A DNA stretch of 57,194 nucleotides from an uncultured Frankiales bacterium. Its GTDB lineage: Bacteria > Actinomycetota > Actinomycetes > Mycobacteriales > SCTD01. Below, one piece after another: positions 7,794 to 16,671 of this stretch (its first letter is position 1; every line of letters starts with the position of its first letter). The notes beneath the pieces were generated by a model. That model was not told where the DNA came from and made no database searches. It worked only from the letters and a program-made list of their open reading frames with translations. Both the position numbers and the translations under genes were made by a program. The stretch lies in contig CBIHPE010000001.1 of the NCBI GenBank assembly GCA_966212015.1, positions 1 to 57,194 on the forward strand. Reading direction: 5' to 3'.

Positions 7794-10370
7794 GTGACTC
7801 AGGACGAACTGCGCGCCGACATCCGGCTCGTCACGACGATGCTCGGCGAGACCCTGGTCCGCAACGAGGGTCAGGAGCTGTTCGACCTCGTCGAGCAGGT
7901 GCGGGCGTCCTCGGTCGACGACGTCGACCTGCCCGACCTGGCGACCACCATCCAGGTGGCCCGGGCGTTCACGTCGTACTTCCACCTCGCCAACGTCACC
8001 GAGCAGGTGCACCGTGGCCGGGCGCTGCTGGCGGACCGCGCCCAGCACGGCGGCTGGGTCGAGCGCGCGCTGTCGCGCATGGAGGACGTCCCGGCCGAGG
8101 ACGTGGCGCGGCTCGCCGTCCGTCCGGTGCTCACCGCGCACCCGACGGAGGCTGCCCGCCGCTCCATCCTCGACAAGCTGCGGAGGGTCGCGGCCCTGCT
8201 CGACCAGCCGGCGTCGGCCGGCCGTGACCGCCGGCTGGCCGAAGCGGTCGACCTGGTCTGGCAGACCGACGAGCTGCGCGTCGACCGACCCGACCCGCTC
8301 GACGAGGCGCGCAACGGGATCTACTACCTCGAGGGCCTCGGCGCCACGGCCGTCGGCGACGTGCTCGAGGAGCTGCGCGACCAGCTTGCCCGCCGAGGCG
8401 TCTCGTTCGAGGGGAGCCCGCTGACCTTCGGCACCTGGATCGGCGGTGACCGCGACGGCAACCCCAACGTCACGCCGCTCGTCACCCTCGAGGTCCTGAA
8501 GCTGCAGGCCGAGCACGGCACACGCCTGCTGCTGTCGCTGCTCGACGACCTCCGGCGCGAGCTGTCGGTCTCGCAGCGGATCAGCGGCGCGTCACCCGCT
8601 CTTCTGGCCCGGTTGGACGAGCTGCTCGAGGACGTCGACGTCGAGGAGAGGTACCAGCGGCTCAACGCCGAGGAGCCGTACCGGCTGTTCCTCACCTGCC
8701 TGCGCGAACGACTCCGGGCGGGGACCTTCCGCGGCCTGCTCGACGACCTCCGGCTGCTGCAGTCATCCGTGCGCGAGCACCAGGGGCCGCTGGTCGCCGG
8801 CGGTGGCGTCGATCGCCTCGTGCGCACCGTGTCCGCGATGGGTCTGGTGCTCGCGACGATGGACGTCCGCGAGCACGCCGAGAAGCACCACCACGCCGTC
8901 GGTCAGCTGCTCGACCGCACCTGGGAGCTGTCGTTCCCCTACGCCGATCTCGCGCGGCAGCACCGGCTCGCGGCCCTGTCGAAGGAGCTGCGCTCGCGTC
9001 GTCCGCTGGCCTCGAAGCCGCTGCCTCTCGACGAGGACGGAGCCCGCACCGCGTCCGTCTTCGACGCCATCGCGTATGCCCTCGACACCTACGGCGACCA
9101 GGCCGTGGAGAGCTACATCATCTCGATGACCCAGGGCGCCGACGACGTGCTGGCAGCCGTCGTCCTCGCCCGTGAGGCGGGGCTCGTCGACCTCACCGAA
9201 GGTGTCGCGCGGATCGGCTTCGTGCCGCTGCTCGAGACGGTCGTCGAGCTCGAGGGCGCTTCGGAGATCCTCGCAGCGCTCTTCAGCGACCCGTCGTACC
9301 GGCAGCTGCTCGCGCTGCGCGGCGACGTCCAGGAGGTCATGCTCGGCTACTCCGACTCCAACAAGGCCGGCGGCATCGCCACGTCGCAGTGGCAGATCCA
9401 CCGCGCGCAGCGCGTCATCCGCGACCTGGCTGCGGCCTTCGGCATCAGGGTCCGGTTCTTCCACGGCCGGGGAGGTTCTGTGGGTCGCGGCGGTGGGCCG
9501 ACGTATGACGCGATCATGGCTCTGCCCAACGGCGCCGTCGACGGTGCGATCAAGCTGACCGAGCAGGGCGAGGTCATCAGCGACAAGTACGCCCTCCCGG
9601 TGCTCGCCCGCGAGAACCTCGAGCTGCTCCTGGCCGCGGCGCTCGAGGCGACGGTGCTGCACAAGCAGGCCCGCCGGTCCGATGACCAGGGCGTGCGCTG
9701 GGACACGGCCATGGACGCTGTGTCGTCCGCGGCTCACACGGCCTACCGCTCGCTCGTGGAGGACCCCGACCTGCCGGCGTACTTCCTCGCGTCGACCCCG
9801 GTCGACCTGCTCGGCGAGCTGCACATCGGTTCGCGGCCGTCCCGCCGCCCCTCGTCCGACGGTGGCATCGAAGGGCTGCGCGCGATCCCGTGGGTGTTCG
9901 GCTGGACGCAGTCGCGGCAGATCGTGCCCGGCTGGTTCGGCGTCGGTACGGGACTGGCCGCCGTCTCGGACCGTGACCTGCTCCGCGAGATGCACCGCGA
10001 CTGGCACTTCTTCCGCGCCTTCCTCGGCAACGTGTCGATGACCCTGGTGAAGGCCGACCTCGCGCTTGCCTCGGTCTACGTCTCGCGCCTCGTCGACGAG
10101 CCGCTGCGCCGGTTGTTCGACGTCATCCGCACCGAGTTCGACCTCACTGTCGCGCAGGTGCTCGACGTCACGGGGGAGTCGGAGCTGCTCGGCTCCGATC
10201 CGGTGCTGCTGCAGACGCTGCGCACTCGGGAGGCCTACCTCGAGCCGCTGCACCGGCTGCAGGTCGACCTGCTCGCCCGCCGCCGCGCCGGGGACGACGA
10301 CCCGCTGCTGTCGCGCGCCCTGCTGCTGACCGTCAACGGCGTCGCCGCCGGGATGCGCAACACCGGCTGA
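7794..10370 (+). CDS. ppc: Phosphoenolpyruvate carboxylase
   Basis: 858 aa. PEPC signatures VLTAHPTE, GYSDSNKAGG, FHGRGGSVGRGGGP and C-terminal MRNTG. Confidence 0.97.
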   Translation: MTQDELRADIRLVTTMLGETLVRNEGQELFDLVEQVRASSVDDVDLPDLATTIQVARAFTSYFHLANVTEQVHRGRALLADRAQHGGWVERALSRMEDVPAEDVARLAVRPVLTAHPTEAARRSILDKLRRVAALLDQPASAGRDRRLAEAVDLVWQTDELRVDRPDPLDEARNGIYYLEGLGATAVGDVLEELRDQLARRGVSFEGSPLTFGTWIGGDRDGNPNVTPLVTLEVLKLQAEHGTRLLLSLLDDLRRELSVSQRISGASPALLARLDELLEDVDVEERYQRLNAEEPYRLFLTCLRERLRAGTFRGLLDDLRLLQSSVREHQGPLVAGGGVDRLVRTVSAMGLVLATMDVREHAEKHHHAVGQLLDRTWELSFPYADLARQHRLAALSKELRSRRPLASKPLPLDEDGARTASVFDAIAYALDTYGDQAVESYIISMTQGADDVLAAVVLAREAGLVDLTEGVARIGFVPLLETVVELEGASEILAALFSDPSYRQLLALRGDVQEVMLGYSDSNKAGGIATSQWQIHRAQRVIRDLAAAFGIRVRFFHGRGGSVGRGGGPTYDAIMALPNGAVDGAIKLTEQGEVISDKYALPVLARENLELLLAAALEATVLHKQARRSDDQGVRWDTAMDAVSSAAHTAYRSLVEDPDLPAYFLASTPVDLLGELHIGSRPSRRPSSDGGIEGLRAIPWVFGWTQSRQIVPGWFGVGTGLAAVSDRDLLREMHRDWHFFRAFLGNVSMTLVKADLALASVYVSRLVDEPLRRLFDVIRTEFDLTVAQVLDVTGESELLGSDPVLLQTLRTREAYLEPLHRLQVDLLARRRAGDDDPLLSRALLLTVNGVAAGMRNTG

Positions 10371-10382
10371 CCCTTCCAGCCC

Positions 10383-10494
10383 ACTTCCCTGAACCTGCGC
10401 GCACCTCGATCCCCTGTCAGGGGGCTTCGGGAGCCTTCCTGAGCGTGGAACGCGCCTTGGTGGCTCGGCGAGGCGTGCGCAGAAACAGGGAAGT
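10383..10494. repeat. Long imperfect inverted repeat (26-nt arms, ~60-nt spacer) in the convergent intergenic region
   Basis: Left arm ACTTCCCTGAACCTGCGCGCACCTCG (10383-10408). Right arm CGAGGCGTGCGCAGAAACAGGGAAGT (10469-10494). Nine perfect bp, a 3x3 internal loop, then 14 bp with one GT pair and one mismatch. The spacer holds short GC hairpins (CCCCT-GTC-AGGGG; GGCT-TCGGG-AGCC). Confidence 0.6.
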
Positions 10495-10590
10495 CAGGGG
10501 GTTTGAGTCTGACCGACGGCCGCTAGCACGAAGAAGTCGCCGAAGAGCCCGATGTTGCCGTTGACGTTCGCACGGCACTGCGAGCGGCGC

Positions 10591-11637
10591 TCACGTCCGG
10601 GCGGTGAGCCAGGTGGTCCATGGGGCGAGGTCCATCCCTTGGTTCGCGACCCAGCTGTCGGAGTAGTCGTAGCGGTCGCCGCGGTCGCAGAGCAGGGTGA
10701 CGACGGAACCTGTCCTGCCCGCGGTGCGCATCTCCTCGACGAGGTGGAGCGTGCCGATGAGGTTCGTGCCGGTCGACCCTCCGGCTGACCAGCCGGTGCG
10801 CTCTCGCAGCCAGCGAGCGGCGGCGATGGACGCGGCGTCAGGGATGCGCAGCACCCGGTCGACGACGCCCGGGACGAAGGACTCCTCGACCTGCGGTCGG
10901 CCGATGCCCTCGATGCGGGAGCCTTTCGCGGTGGCGGAGGGATCGTCGACGCCGTCGAAGAACGCGCTGCCCTCGGGATCGACGACGCAGACCAGGGAGT
11001 CGAGGCGCTTGTAGCGGACGTAGCGCCCGAAGGTCGCCGACGTGCCGCCCGTGCCGGCCCCGACGACGACCCAGGTCGGGACCGGGTGCCGCTCAGAGCG
11101 GAGCTGCGCGAACACGGACTCCGCGATGTTGTTGTTGCCGCGCCAGTCGGTGGCGCGCTCGGCGAAGCGGAACTGGTCCAGGTAGTGACCGCCGCAGTCC
11201 TTCGCGAGACGCGCGGCGACCTCGTACATCGATCGCGGGTCGTCGACGAAGTGCACCGAGCCGCCGCCGTGCTCGATGAGCGTCACCTTCTCCGGGCTGG
11301 TGGATCGTGGAAGGACGGCGACGAAGGGCAGCCCCAGGAGCCGGGCGAAGTGCACCTCGCTGACGGCGGTCGAGCCGCTCGACGCCTCGACGAGAGTGGT
11401 GCCCTCGCGCACCCAGCCGTTGACCAGGCCGTACAGCACGAGCGAGCGCGCGAGCCGGTGCTTCAGCGAGCCGGTCGGGTGGCTGCTCTCGTCCTTGAGG
11501 TAGACGTGCACGTCGTCGAAGGACAGCGGGAGGCGCAGCAGGTGGGTGTCGGCGCTGCGGTCGGCATCCGCCTCGAGCAGCCGGATGGCCTCGTTGACCC
11601 AGGCGCGGTCCGACGGGCGGGAGCGGTCCTCGATCAC
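10591..11637 (-). CDS. PLP-dependent cysteine-synthase-family enzyme (CysK2-like)
   Basis: 348 aa. PLP lysine motif [11 protein letters not shown] and glycine loop [13 protein letters not shown]. Fold-type II PLP enzyme. Confidence 0.8.
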   Translation of the reverse strand: MIEDRSRPSDRAWVNEAIRLLEADADRSADTHLLRLPLSFDDVHVYLKDESSHPTGSLKHRLARSLVLYGLVNGWVREGTTLVEASSGSTAVSEVHFARLLGLPFVAVLPRSTSPEKVTLIEHGGGSVHFVDDPRSMYEVAARLAKDCGGHYLDQFRFAERATDWRGNNNIAESVFAQLRSERHPVPTWVVVGAGTGGTSATFGRYVRYKRLDSLVCVVDPEGSAFFDGVDDPSATAKGSRIEGIGRPQVEESFVPGVVDRVLRIPDAASIAAARWLRERTGWSAGGSTGTNLIGTLHLVEEMRTAGRTGSVVTLLCDRGDRYDYSDSWVANQGMDLAPWTTWLTART

Positions 11638-11660
11638 GGGCGCAGCATAGGGTCGGCCGC

Positions 11661-12095
11661 GTGGACGACTCGCTCGCCCTTCGTGAGGGCCCTCCGCCGG
11701 ACGTGTCCGACTACCTGCGCCTGAGAGAGGTGGCCGGACTGTCTCCCAAGAGCCTCCAGCAGGCGGAGGCTGCCCTGCACGGTGCCTGGGCGGCGTTGCA
11801 CGTCGTCGACCTCGACAGCGACCTGGTGGTCGGTATGGGGCGGGTCATCGGCGACGGGGGGTGGTACTTCCACGTGATCGACATGGCTGTGCGTCCGAGC
11901 CACCAGCGGCGCGGCATCGGCGCTGCCGTCCTCGAAGCGCTGCTCCAGGCGATCGAGGACCGCGCGCCGCAGGGGGCCTACGTCTCGCTGCTCGCGGACG
12001 AACCAGGCCGCCCACTCTACGAGCGCTCCGGCTTCCTCCCGACGGCGCCCAGGTCGATCGGGATGGCCCGTCCCAGTGGGAAGGTGCCCGGATGA
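11661..12095 (+). CDS. GNAT-family N-acetyltransferase
   Basis: 144 aa. Acetyl-CoA motif [18 protein letters not shown]. Its stop overlaps the next start (ATGA at 12092-12095). Confidence 0.85.
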   Translation: MDDSLALREGPPPDVSDYLRLREVAGLSPKSLQQAEAALHGAWAALHVVDLDSDLVVGMGRVIGDGGWYFHVIDMAVRPSHQRRGIGAAVLEALLQAIEDRAPQGAYVSLLADEPGRPLYERSGFLPTAPRSIGMARPSGKVPG

Positions 12096-13153
12096 CCTAC
12101 CGCGTCGTGCAGTGGACAACGGGCAACGTCGGGATGCGCTCCGTCATCGCTGTCCGCGACAACCCGTTGCTCGAGCTGGTCGGCTGCTACGCCTGGGCGC
12201 CCGAGAAGGTCGGGCAGGACGTCGGCACGCTGTGCGGCATCGAGCCCTTGGGCATCACCGCCACCGACGACGTGGACGCGCTGCTCGCCCTGAAGCCGGA
12301 CTGCGTCGTCTACAACCCGAAGTGGCCCGACGTCGACGTGATGTGCCGGATCCTGTCGGCAGGCGTCAACATCGTCGCGACCGCAGGCTTCATCACCGGC
12401 CACGCCCTCGGTGAGGGCAAGGCGAGGATCGAGGCAGCCTGCGCTGAGGGTGGCTCGAGCGTCTTCGGCTCCGGGATGAACCCGGGCTTCCTCAACCTGC
12501 TCGGCCTCGTGTCCGCCGGCATCTGCGACCGCGTCGACAAGATCACGATGCTCGAGTCTGTCGACTCCACCGGCTACGACTCACCCGACACCGAGCAGTC
12601 GGTCGGCTTCGGTCAGCCCCTCGACGACCCAGGTCTGCAGGAGCGGGTCGCTCGCGCGACGGCCGTCTTCGGCGATGCCGTGTGGCTCACCGGTGAGGCC
12701 CTCGGGGTCGACCTGGACGAGGTGAGGTGCGTCGCGGAGTTCGCGACGACGACGGCCCCGGTGGACCTGGTCAGCTGGACCATCGAGCCCGGGCAGGTCG
12801 CCGGCGTCGCGGCGTCGTGGCAGGGCTGGTACGGCGGTCGGCTCGTGATCGATCTCCGCGTGATGTGGCGCAAGGGCCGGACGCTCGAGCCCGACTGGAA
12901 GGTCGAGCACGGCTACGTCGTCAACGTCGAGGGCCGGCCCAACGTTCGCACCAAGCTGACCATCGCGCCGCCCGACGACTTCGTCGCGACGTCGGTGCAG
13001 GACTACATGGTCCTCGGGATGATCATCACCGGCCTGCCGGCCATCAACGCGATCCCCGCGGTGTGCCAGGCGAAGCCGGGGATCGTGACCTACAACGACC
13101 TGCCGCTCATCGCGAGCAAGGGCTTCTCGACCAGAGCCCTTCGTAAGTCGTAA
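12092..13153 (+). CDS. DapB-like NAD(P)H-dependent amine dehydrogenase family protein
   Basis: 353 aa from ATG 12092. The 5' extension of the ORF back to 11861 is Arg-rich shadow sequence over the GNAT gene. N-terminus [14 protein letters not shown] is Rossmann-like. Ends with a TAA stop. Confidence 0.75.
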   Translation: MTYRVVQWTTGNVGMRSVIAVRDNPLLELVGCYAWAPEKVGQDVGTLCGIEPLGITATDDVDALLALKPDCVVYNPKWPDVDVMCRILSAGVNIVATAGFITGHALGEGKARIEAACAEGGSSVFGSGMNPGFLNLLGLVSAGICDRVDKITMLESVDSTGYDSPDTEQSVGFGQPLDDPGLQERVARATAVFGDAVWLTGEALGVDLDEVRCVAEFATTTAPVDLVSWTIEPGQVAGVAASWQGWYGGRLVIDLRVMWRKGRTLEPDWKVEHGYVVNVEGRPNVRTKLTIAPPDDFVATSVQDYMVLGMIITGLPAINAIPAVCQAKPGIVTYNDLPLIASKGFSTRALRKS

Positions 13154-13164
13154 CTTACGTAAGT
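13142..13164. promoter_or_regulatory. AT-rich palindrome ACTTACGTAAGT with an extra CGTAAGT half-site at the arsR-like start
   Basis: Perfect 12-bp palindrome at 13153-13164 spanning the upstream TAA stop and the GTG start. CGTAAGT also occurs at 13142-13148. Strongly AT-rich for this sequence. Confidence 0.5.
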
Positions 13165-13471
13165 GCTCACCGACGCAGCCTCCGTCCTGACGGCGCTGGG
13201 CGACGGCACGAGGCGGCAGGTCTTCGAGCTGCTCGCCGAGGGACCTCGTTCGGTGACCGACCTCGCGGACCTGCTGCCGGTCAGCCGGCCTGCGGTCTCG
13301 CAGCACCTGCGGGTCCTGCAGGACGCGGGCCTGGTGCAGCACGAGGCCGACGGGACGCGTCGGCTCTACCGGCACGACCCGCGGGGGCTGCAGGCCCTGC
13401 GCGGCTACGTCGACCAGTTCTGGTCCGACGCCCTCGCCAGCTTCGCGACCCATGTGGAGAAGAACCGATGA
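13163..13471 (+). CDS. ArsR/SmtB-family transcriptional regulator
   Basis: 102 aa. HTH VTDLADLLPVSRPAVSQHLRVLQDAGLV. Confidence 0.9.
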   Translation: MLTDAASVLTALGDGTRRQVFELLAEGPRSVTDLADLLPVSRPAVSQHLRVLQDAGLVQHEADGTRRLYRHDPRGLQALRGYVDQFWSDALASFATHVEKNR

Positions 13472-13935
13472 TCGACAGCAACGGCAACGTGGTCCGCTCG
13501 GTGACGGTCAAGGCCAGCGCAGACCGCGCGTTCGAGGCCTTCACGGCGGAGATGACCGCCTGGTGGCCGCCGGCCCATCACATCGGCACGACGCCGATCC
13601 AGGAGATCGTCATCGAGCCGTTCACCGGCGGTCGCTGGTTCACGCGGCACGAGGACGGCAGCGAGACCTCGACCGGCGTGGTGGCCGAGTGGGACCCGCC
13701 GCGCAGGTTCGTCGTGACGTGGCAGATCTCGTCGCAGTGGAAGTACGACGAGAAGCTGCGCACCGAGGTGCAGGTCGACTTCGTCGCGGAGGGTCCCGAG
13801 GTCACGCGGGTCGAGCTCGCCCACGTCGGCTTCGAGGGCTACGGCGCCGACGCCGACACGATGCGCGAGACGTTCGACAAGCCGGATGCCTGGGTCGCGA
13901 CGCTGGACGCGTTCGCGTCGCACGCGGCCTCGTGA
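13468..13935 (+). CDS. SRPBCC (Aha1/START-like) domain protein
   Basis: 155 aa. ATGA overlap with the arsR-like gene. The ArsR-SRPBCC pairing is typical. Size and sequence (FTAEMTAWWPPAHH) fit the family. Confidence 0.8.
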   Translation: MIDSNGNVVRSVTVKASADRAFEAFTAEMTAWWPPAHHIGTTPIQEIVIEPFTGGRWFTRHEDGSETSTGVVAEWDPPRRFVVTWQISSQWKYDEKLRTEVQVDFVAEGPEVTRVELAHVGFEGYGADADTMRETFDKPDAWVATLDAFASHAAS

Positions 13936-13939
13936 GCTG

Positions 13940-14446
13940 TCAGTCCGAACGCAGCCGCGTGATCTCGAGGATCCGGGGACGGATCCCGGCTGCGAGGCCG
14001 GCCCAGAAGCCGTCGGGGCTGGACTCCAGCAGGGTGTGACTGCCTGAGCCGAGGACCAGCAGCACCTGCAGCGGGCCCTCCCGGTCGACGAGCTGGAGCG
14101 TGACGGCGCGGACGCCCTGCTGCTCCATCAGCTGGTCGACCATCGAGTCGTGCCGGCCACCCACGGTCTCGTGCACGGGGCGCCCCGACGCGGTCCGGTC
14201 GACGAGCTCGCGGATGCCGGGCGTGATGTCGATCGCCACCGACGTGCCCGGTTCGAAGACGTTGTCGCTGATCGACCAGCTGGCCTCCACGACGGCGGTG
14301 TCGCCGCGCAGGGTCACGAGCCCGAGCAGCCACAGGTCGAACCGGGGCCGGAGCTCTCCGGCGACGGTGGTCACCAGCTCCTCCAGGTCGTGGGCGTCCT
14401 GCGCGTCGTTGACGGCCTGGAGCAGCAGTGCGGTGTCGAGACCCAT
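13940..14446 (-). CDS. Hypothetical cytoplasmic protein (possibly GAF-like)
   Basis: 168-aa ORF with good GC3 bias and no signal peptide. The GAF-like assignment is only a guess from length and pattern. Confidence 0.6.
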   Translation of the reverse strand: MGLDTALLLQAVNDAQDAHDLEELVTTVAGELRPRFDLWLLGLVTLRGDTAVVEASWSISDNVFEPGTSVAIDITPGIRELVDRTASGRPVHETVGGRHDSMVDQLMEQQGVRAVTLQLVDREGPLQVLLVLGSGSHTLLESSPDGFWAGLAAGIRPRILEITRLRSD

Positions 14447-14452
14447 GGAAGA

Positions 14453-14486
14453 TCACCTCACGCTGGACGGTAACGGGCTGAGGTGA
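14453..14486. terminator. 8-bp inverted repeat TCACCTCA / TGAGGTGA with an 18-nt spacer
   Basis: Lies between the stop of the lipoprotein gene (14508) and the start of the hypothetical gene (14446). Could be a terminator or an operator. Confidence 0.3.
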
Positions 14487-14507
14487 CCCGTCAATCGTCC
14501 GCGAGGG

Positions 14508-15311
14508 CTACTCGCACCCGCCGAAGTAGATGGTCTGGCTGTCGACGAGCAAGGTGTCGCCCTCGACCTTGACGTCCGTCGCCTGGGGCAGGGGAAGCCG
14601 GTAGCGCCAACCCAGCTTGCCGGTCTGCAGGTCGAGAGTCTGGATCTCCCCGTGGCCGTGCACGGACTCGGCACTGGCGAGGGACACCACGAGGTCACCG
14701 GCAACGGCGAGGTTGCCCCGCCGCACCAGCTGCGTCCGCCAGACCGGCACAGCCGTGCGCGCCGAGACCCGGGTGACGAACGTGGGCGACGTGCGCAGGT
14801 CCCCGAGCTCGTCCTCGAAGATCAGGTCACCGTCGACGAGGCTGACGGGCCAGAGGTAGTCCTTGGTGAAGCTGCCCTGCGCCCAGACGATGCTGCCGTC
14901 GGCCACCCTGGCCATGTAGACCCGGAGCGGGTTGCCCGTCCGGATGAGCAGCAGGTCGTCGACCTGCGTGATGACGTTCGCGTCCTTGACCGACCAGGCC
15001 GGTCGACCCGGCGGGTGCACCGTGATGTCGGTCTGGTAGTCGGCGTGCTTCACCGAGGTGACCCTCACCCGGACCTTGGGGACGCGCGGCTGCGGCGCGT
15101 GCATCAGCCCGTCGGTGCGCGGTGTGTCCGGAGCCCGCCTCTCCGAGCGCTTGGCCCCGGTCCTGGGGTCGAGCAAGGTCGTCAGGATCCGGGCGTTCTT
15201 CAGCTCCCGCTCGCACTCGTCGTCAGCGCGGGTCGGGGTGGGCGTGGCCCTCGACGGCCCATGCGTGCAGGCGCTGGAGAGGAGCAACGCGACCAGGCAG
15301 AGTCGCTTCAT
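14508..15311 (-). CDS. Lipoprotein with PQQ/BamB-like beta-propeller repeats (paralog B)
   Basis: Start moved to MKRLCLVALLLSSAC (lipobox) at 15311, overlapping the upstream stop (TGATG). Repeats of the G..W type (GSIVWAQG, VPVWRTQL, GKLGWRYRL). Ends in GGCE. Confidence 0.8.
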   Translation of the reverse strand: MKRLCLVALLLSSACTHGPSRATPTPTRADDECERELKNARILTTLLDPRTGAKRSERRAPDTPRTDGLMHAPQPRVPKVRVRVTSVKHADYQTDITVHPPGRPAWSVKDANVITQVDDLLLIRTGNPLRVYMARVADGSIVWAQGSFTKDYLWPVSLVDGDLIFEDELGDLRTSPTFVTRVSARTAVPVWRTQLVRRGNLAVAGDLVVSLASAESVHGHGEIQTLDLQTGKLGWRYRLPLPQATDVKVEGDTLLVDSQTIYFGGCE

Positions 15312-16132
15312 CAGCCACAGCCTCCACCGTAGGAGCGGGTCTGGTTGTCGAGGAGGAGGTGGGTGCCCTCGAGCTTCGCGTTGGTGATCCTCGGCAGCGG
15401 GAACCGCTTGCGCCACAGCGGTTTGCCGGTCCTCTGGTTGATGACCTGGACCTCGCCGTGCCCGGCGAAGGACTGCGCGCTCGCGGTGACGACCACGTAG
15501 TCACCAGAGACGGCGAAGGCGTCGCCCCGCGGCAGCTGGGTTCGCCACCGCACCCACGCCGTCTTCGCATCGACCTTCTCGAGCGTCGGAGGGGACTGGT
15601 AGCTCTCTGCCTCGACCAGGACGAGGTCGTTCCCCGTGACCCCGACGGTCGAGAGCCCGTAGAGGTGGAAGGAGCCCTGCACCCACTTCAGGTGACCGTC
15701 TCCGGCATCGACCGCGTAGAGGCCCATCGGGGCCGAGCCCTGCACGATGATGACCCCGTTGGTCTCGGTCTCGGGGATGCCTGAGGGCAGGGTCCAAGCC
15801 GGTCTGCCCTTGGGATGGAAGATCTTGGGGCTGTTGAAGACCGGGGCCTGGAAGGCGTAGCGCTTGGTGTAGGTGACCGGTGTCGTCAGCGGAGGAAGGT
15901 GGTAGGGGCGGGGGCCGGAGAACAGACCGTCCGTGCGTGGCTTCAAGGGGCGCGGCGCCTCAGAGATCTGGGCGCCTGTCGCCACGTCCACGGTGATGGT
16001 GTTGGCGTGGGCCGTCTTCGCCTCCTCCTCGCAGGTGTCCGGCGGGAACGTCGGGCTCGCTGTGGTGACGGCCTTGGCGCCGCCGTGGGTGCAGCCCGCG
16101 ACCAGCAGGAGGACAGCGAGTGCGCGGCGCAT
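15311..16132 (-). CDS. Lipoprotein with PQQ/BamB-like beta-propeller repeats (paralog A)
   Basis: 273 aa. Signal MRRALAVLLLVAGC. Alignable by eye to the downstream paralog (PRTDGL, GRPAW, HGHGE, RFPLP). Ends in GGGCG. Confidence 0.82.
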   Translation of the reverse strand: MRRALAVLLLVAGCTHGGAKAVTTASPTFPPDTCEEEAKTAHANTITVDVATGAQISEAPRPLKPRTDGLFSGPRPYHLPPLTTPVTYTKRYAFQAPVFNSPKIFHPKGRPAWTLPSGIPETETNGVIIVQGSAPMGLYAVDAGDGHLKWVQGSFHLYGLSTVGVTGNDLVLVEAESYQSPPTLEKVDAKTAWVRWRTQLPRGDAFAVSGDYVVVTASAQSFAGHGEVQVINQRTGKPLWRKRFPLPRITNAKLEGTHLLLDNQTRSYGGGCG

Positions 16133-16176
16133 GTCCCCTTGAACGCGGTGAGCGGCCTGCGTCGCTGCACCCTGTC

Positions 16177-16671
16177 TCAGAAGTCGCCTGCTCCGCGACG
16201 GAGGTCCTCGAGGACGTTGACCAGCGTCGTCACCCGCCGGGCAGACAGGCCCGGCTTGCTGAACACCTCGGTGTTCAGCGTCTCCGTGGCCTTCAGCGCG
16301 GTACGGCGACCGGCCGGGGTCACGGCGACGAGCGTCGCGCGTCCGTCGGTCGGGTGCGGTGAGCGCGAGACCAAGCCGGCCGCCTCGAGCCGGTCGACCG
16401 CGTTGGTGATCGAGGTCGGGTGGACCTGCAGCCTCTCGGAGGCCTTCTTCAGGGGCATCGAGCCCCGGCTGCTGAAGTGCAGCAGCATCAGCAGCTCGTA
16501 CCTCGCGAAGGTGAGGTCGAAGGGCTTGAGCGCCTCGTCGACGCGGGCCTGGAGGATCTGCTGGGCACGCATCACCGAGGTCACCGCGACCATGCCCTCG
16601 GCCGCGTCGAACCAGCCCTCGCGCTCCCAGTTCTCGCGCGCAAGGGCGATCGGGTCTCGTGGGTCAGACAT
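16177..16671 (-). CDS. MarR-family transcriptional regulator
   Basis: 164 aa. Winged-helix region LTFARYELLMLL...LQVHPTSITNAVDRLEAAGLV. The start overlaps the icmF stop by 8 nt. Confidence 0.9.
   Translation of the reverse strand: MSDPRDPIALARENWEREGWFDAAEGMVAVTSVMRAQQILQARVDEALKPFDLTFARYELLMLLHFSSRGSMPLKKASERLQVHPTSITNAVDRLEAAGLVSRSPHPTDGRATLVAVTPAGRRTALKATETLNTEVFSKPGLSARRVTTLVNVLEDLRRGAGDF

Noticed and set aside
10383-10494. MITE or mobile-element interpretation of the inverted repeat
   Set aside because: No target-site duplication flanks the arms, there is no second copy in the window, and no transposase is nearby. It is retained only as an unexplained structured element.
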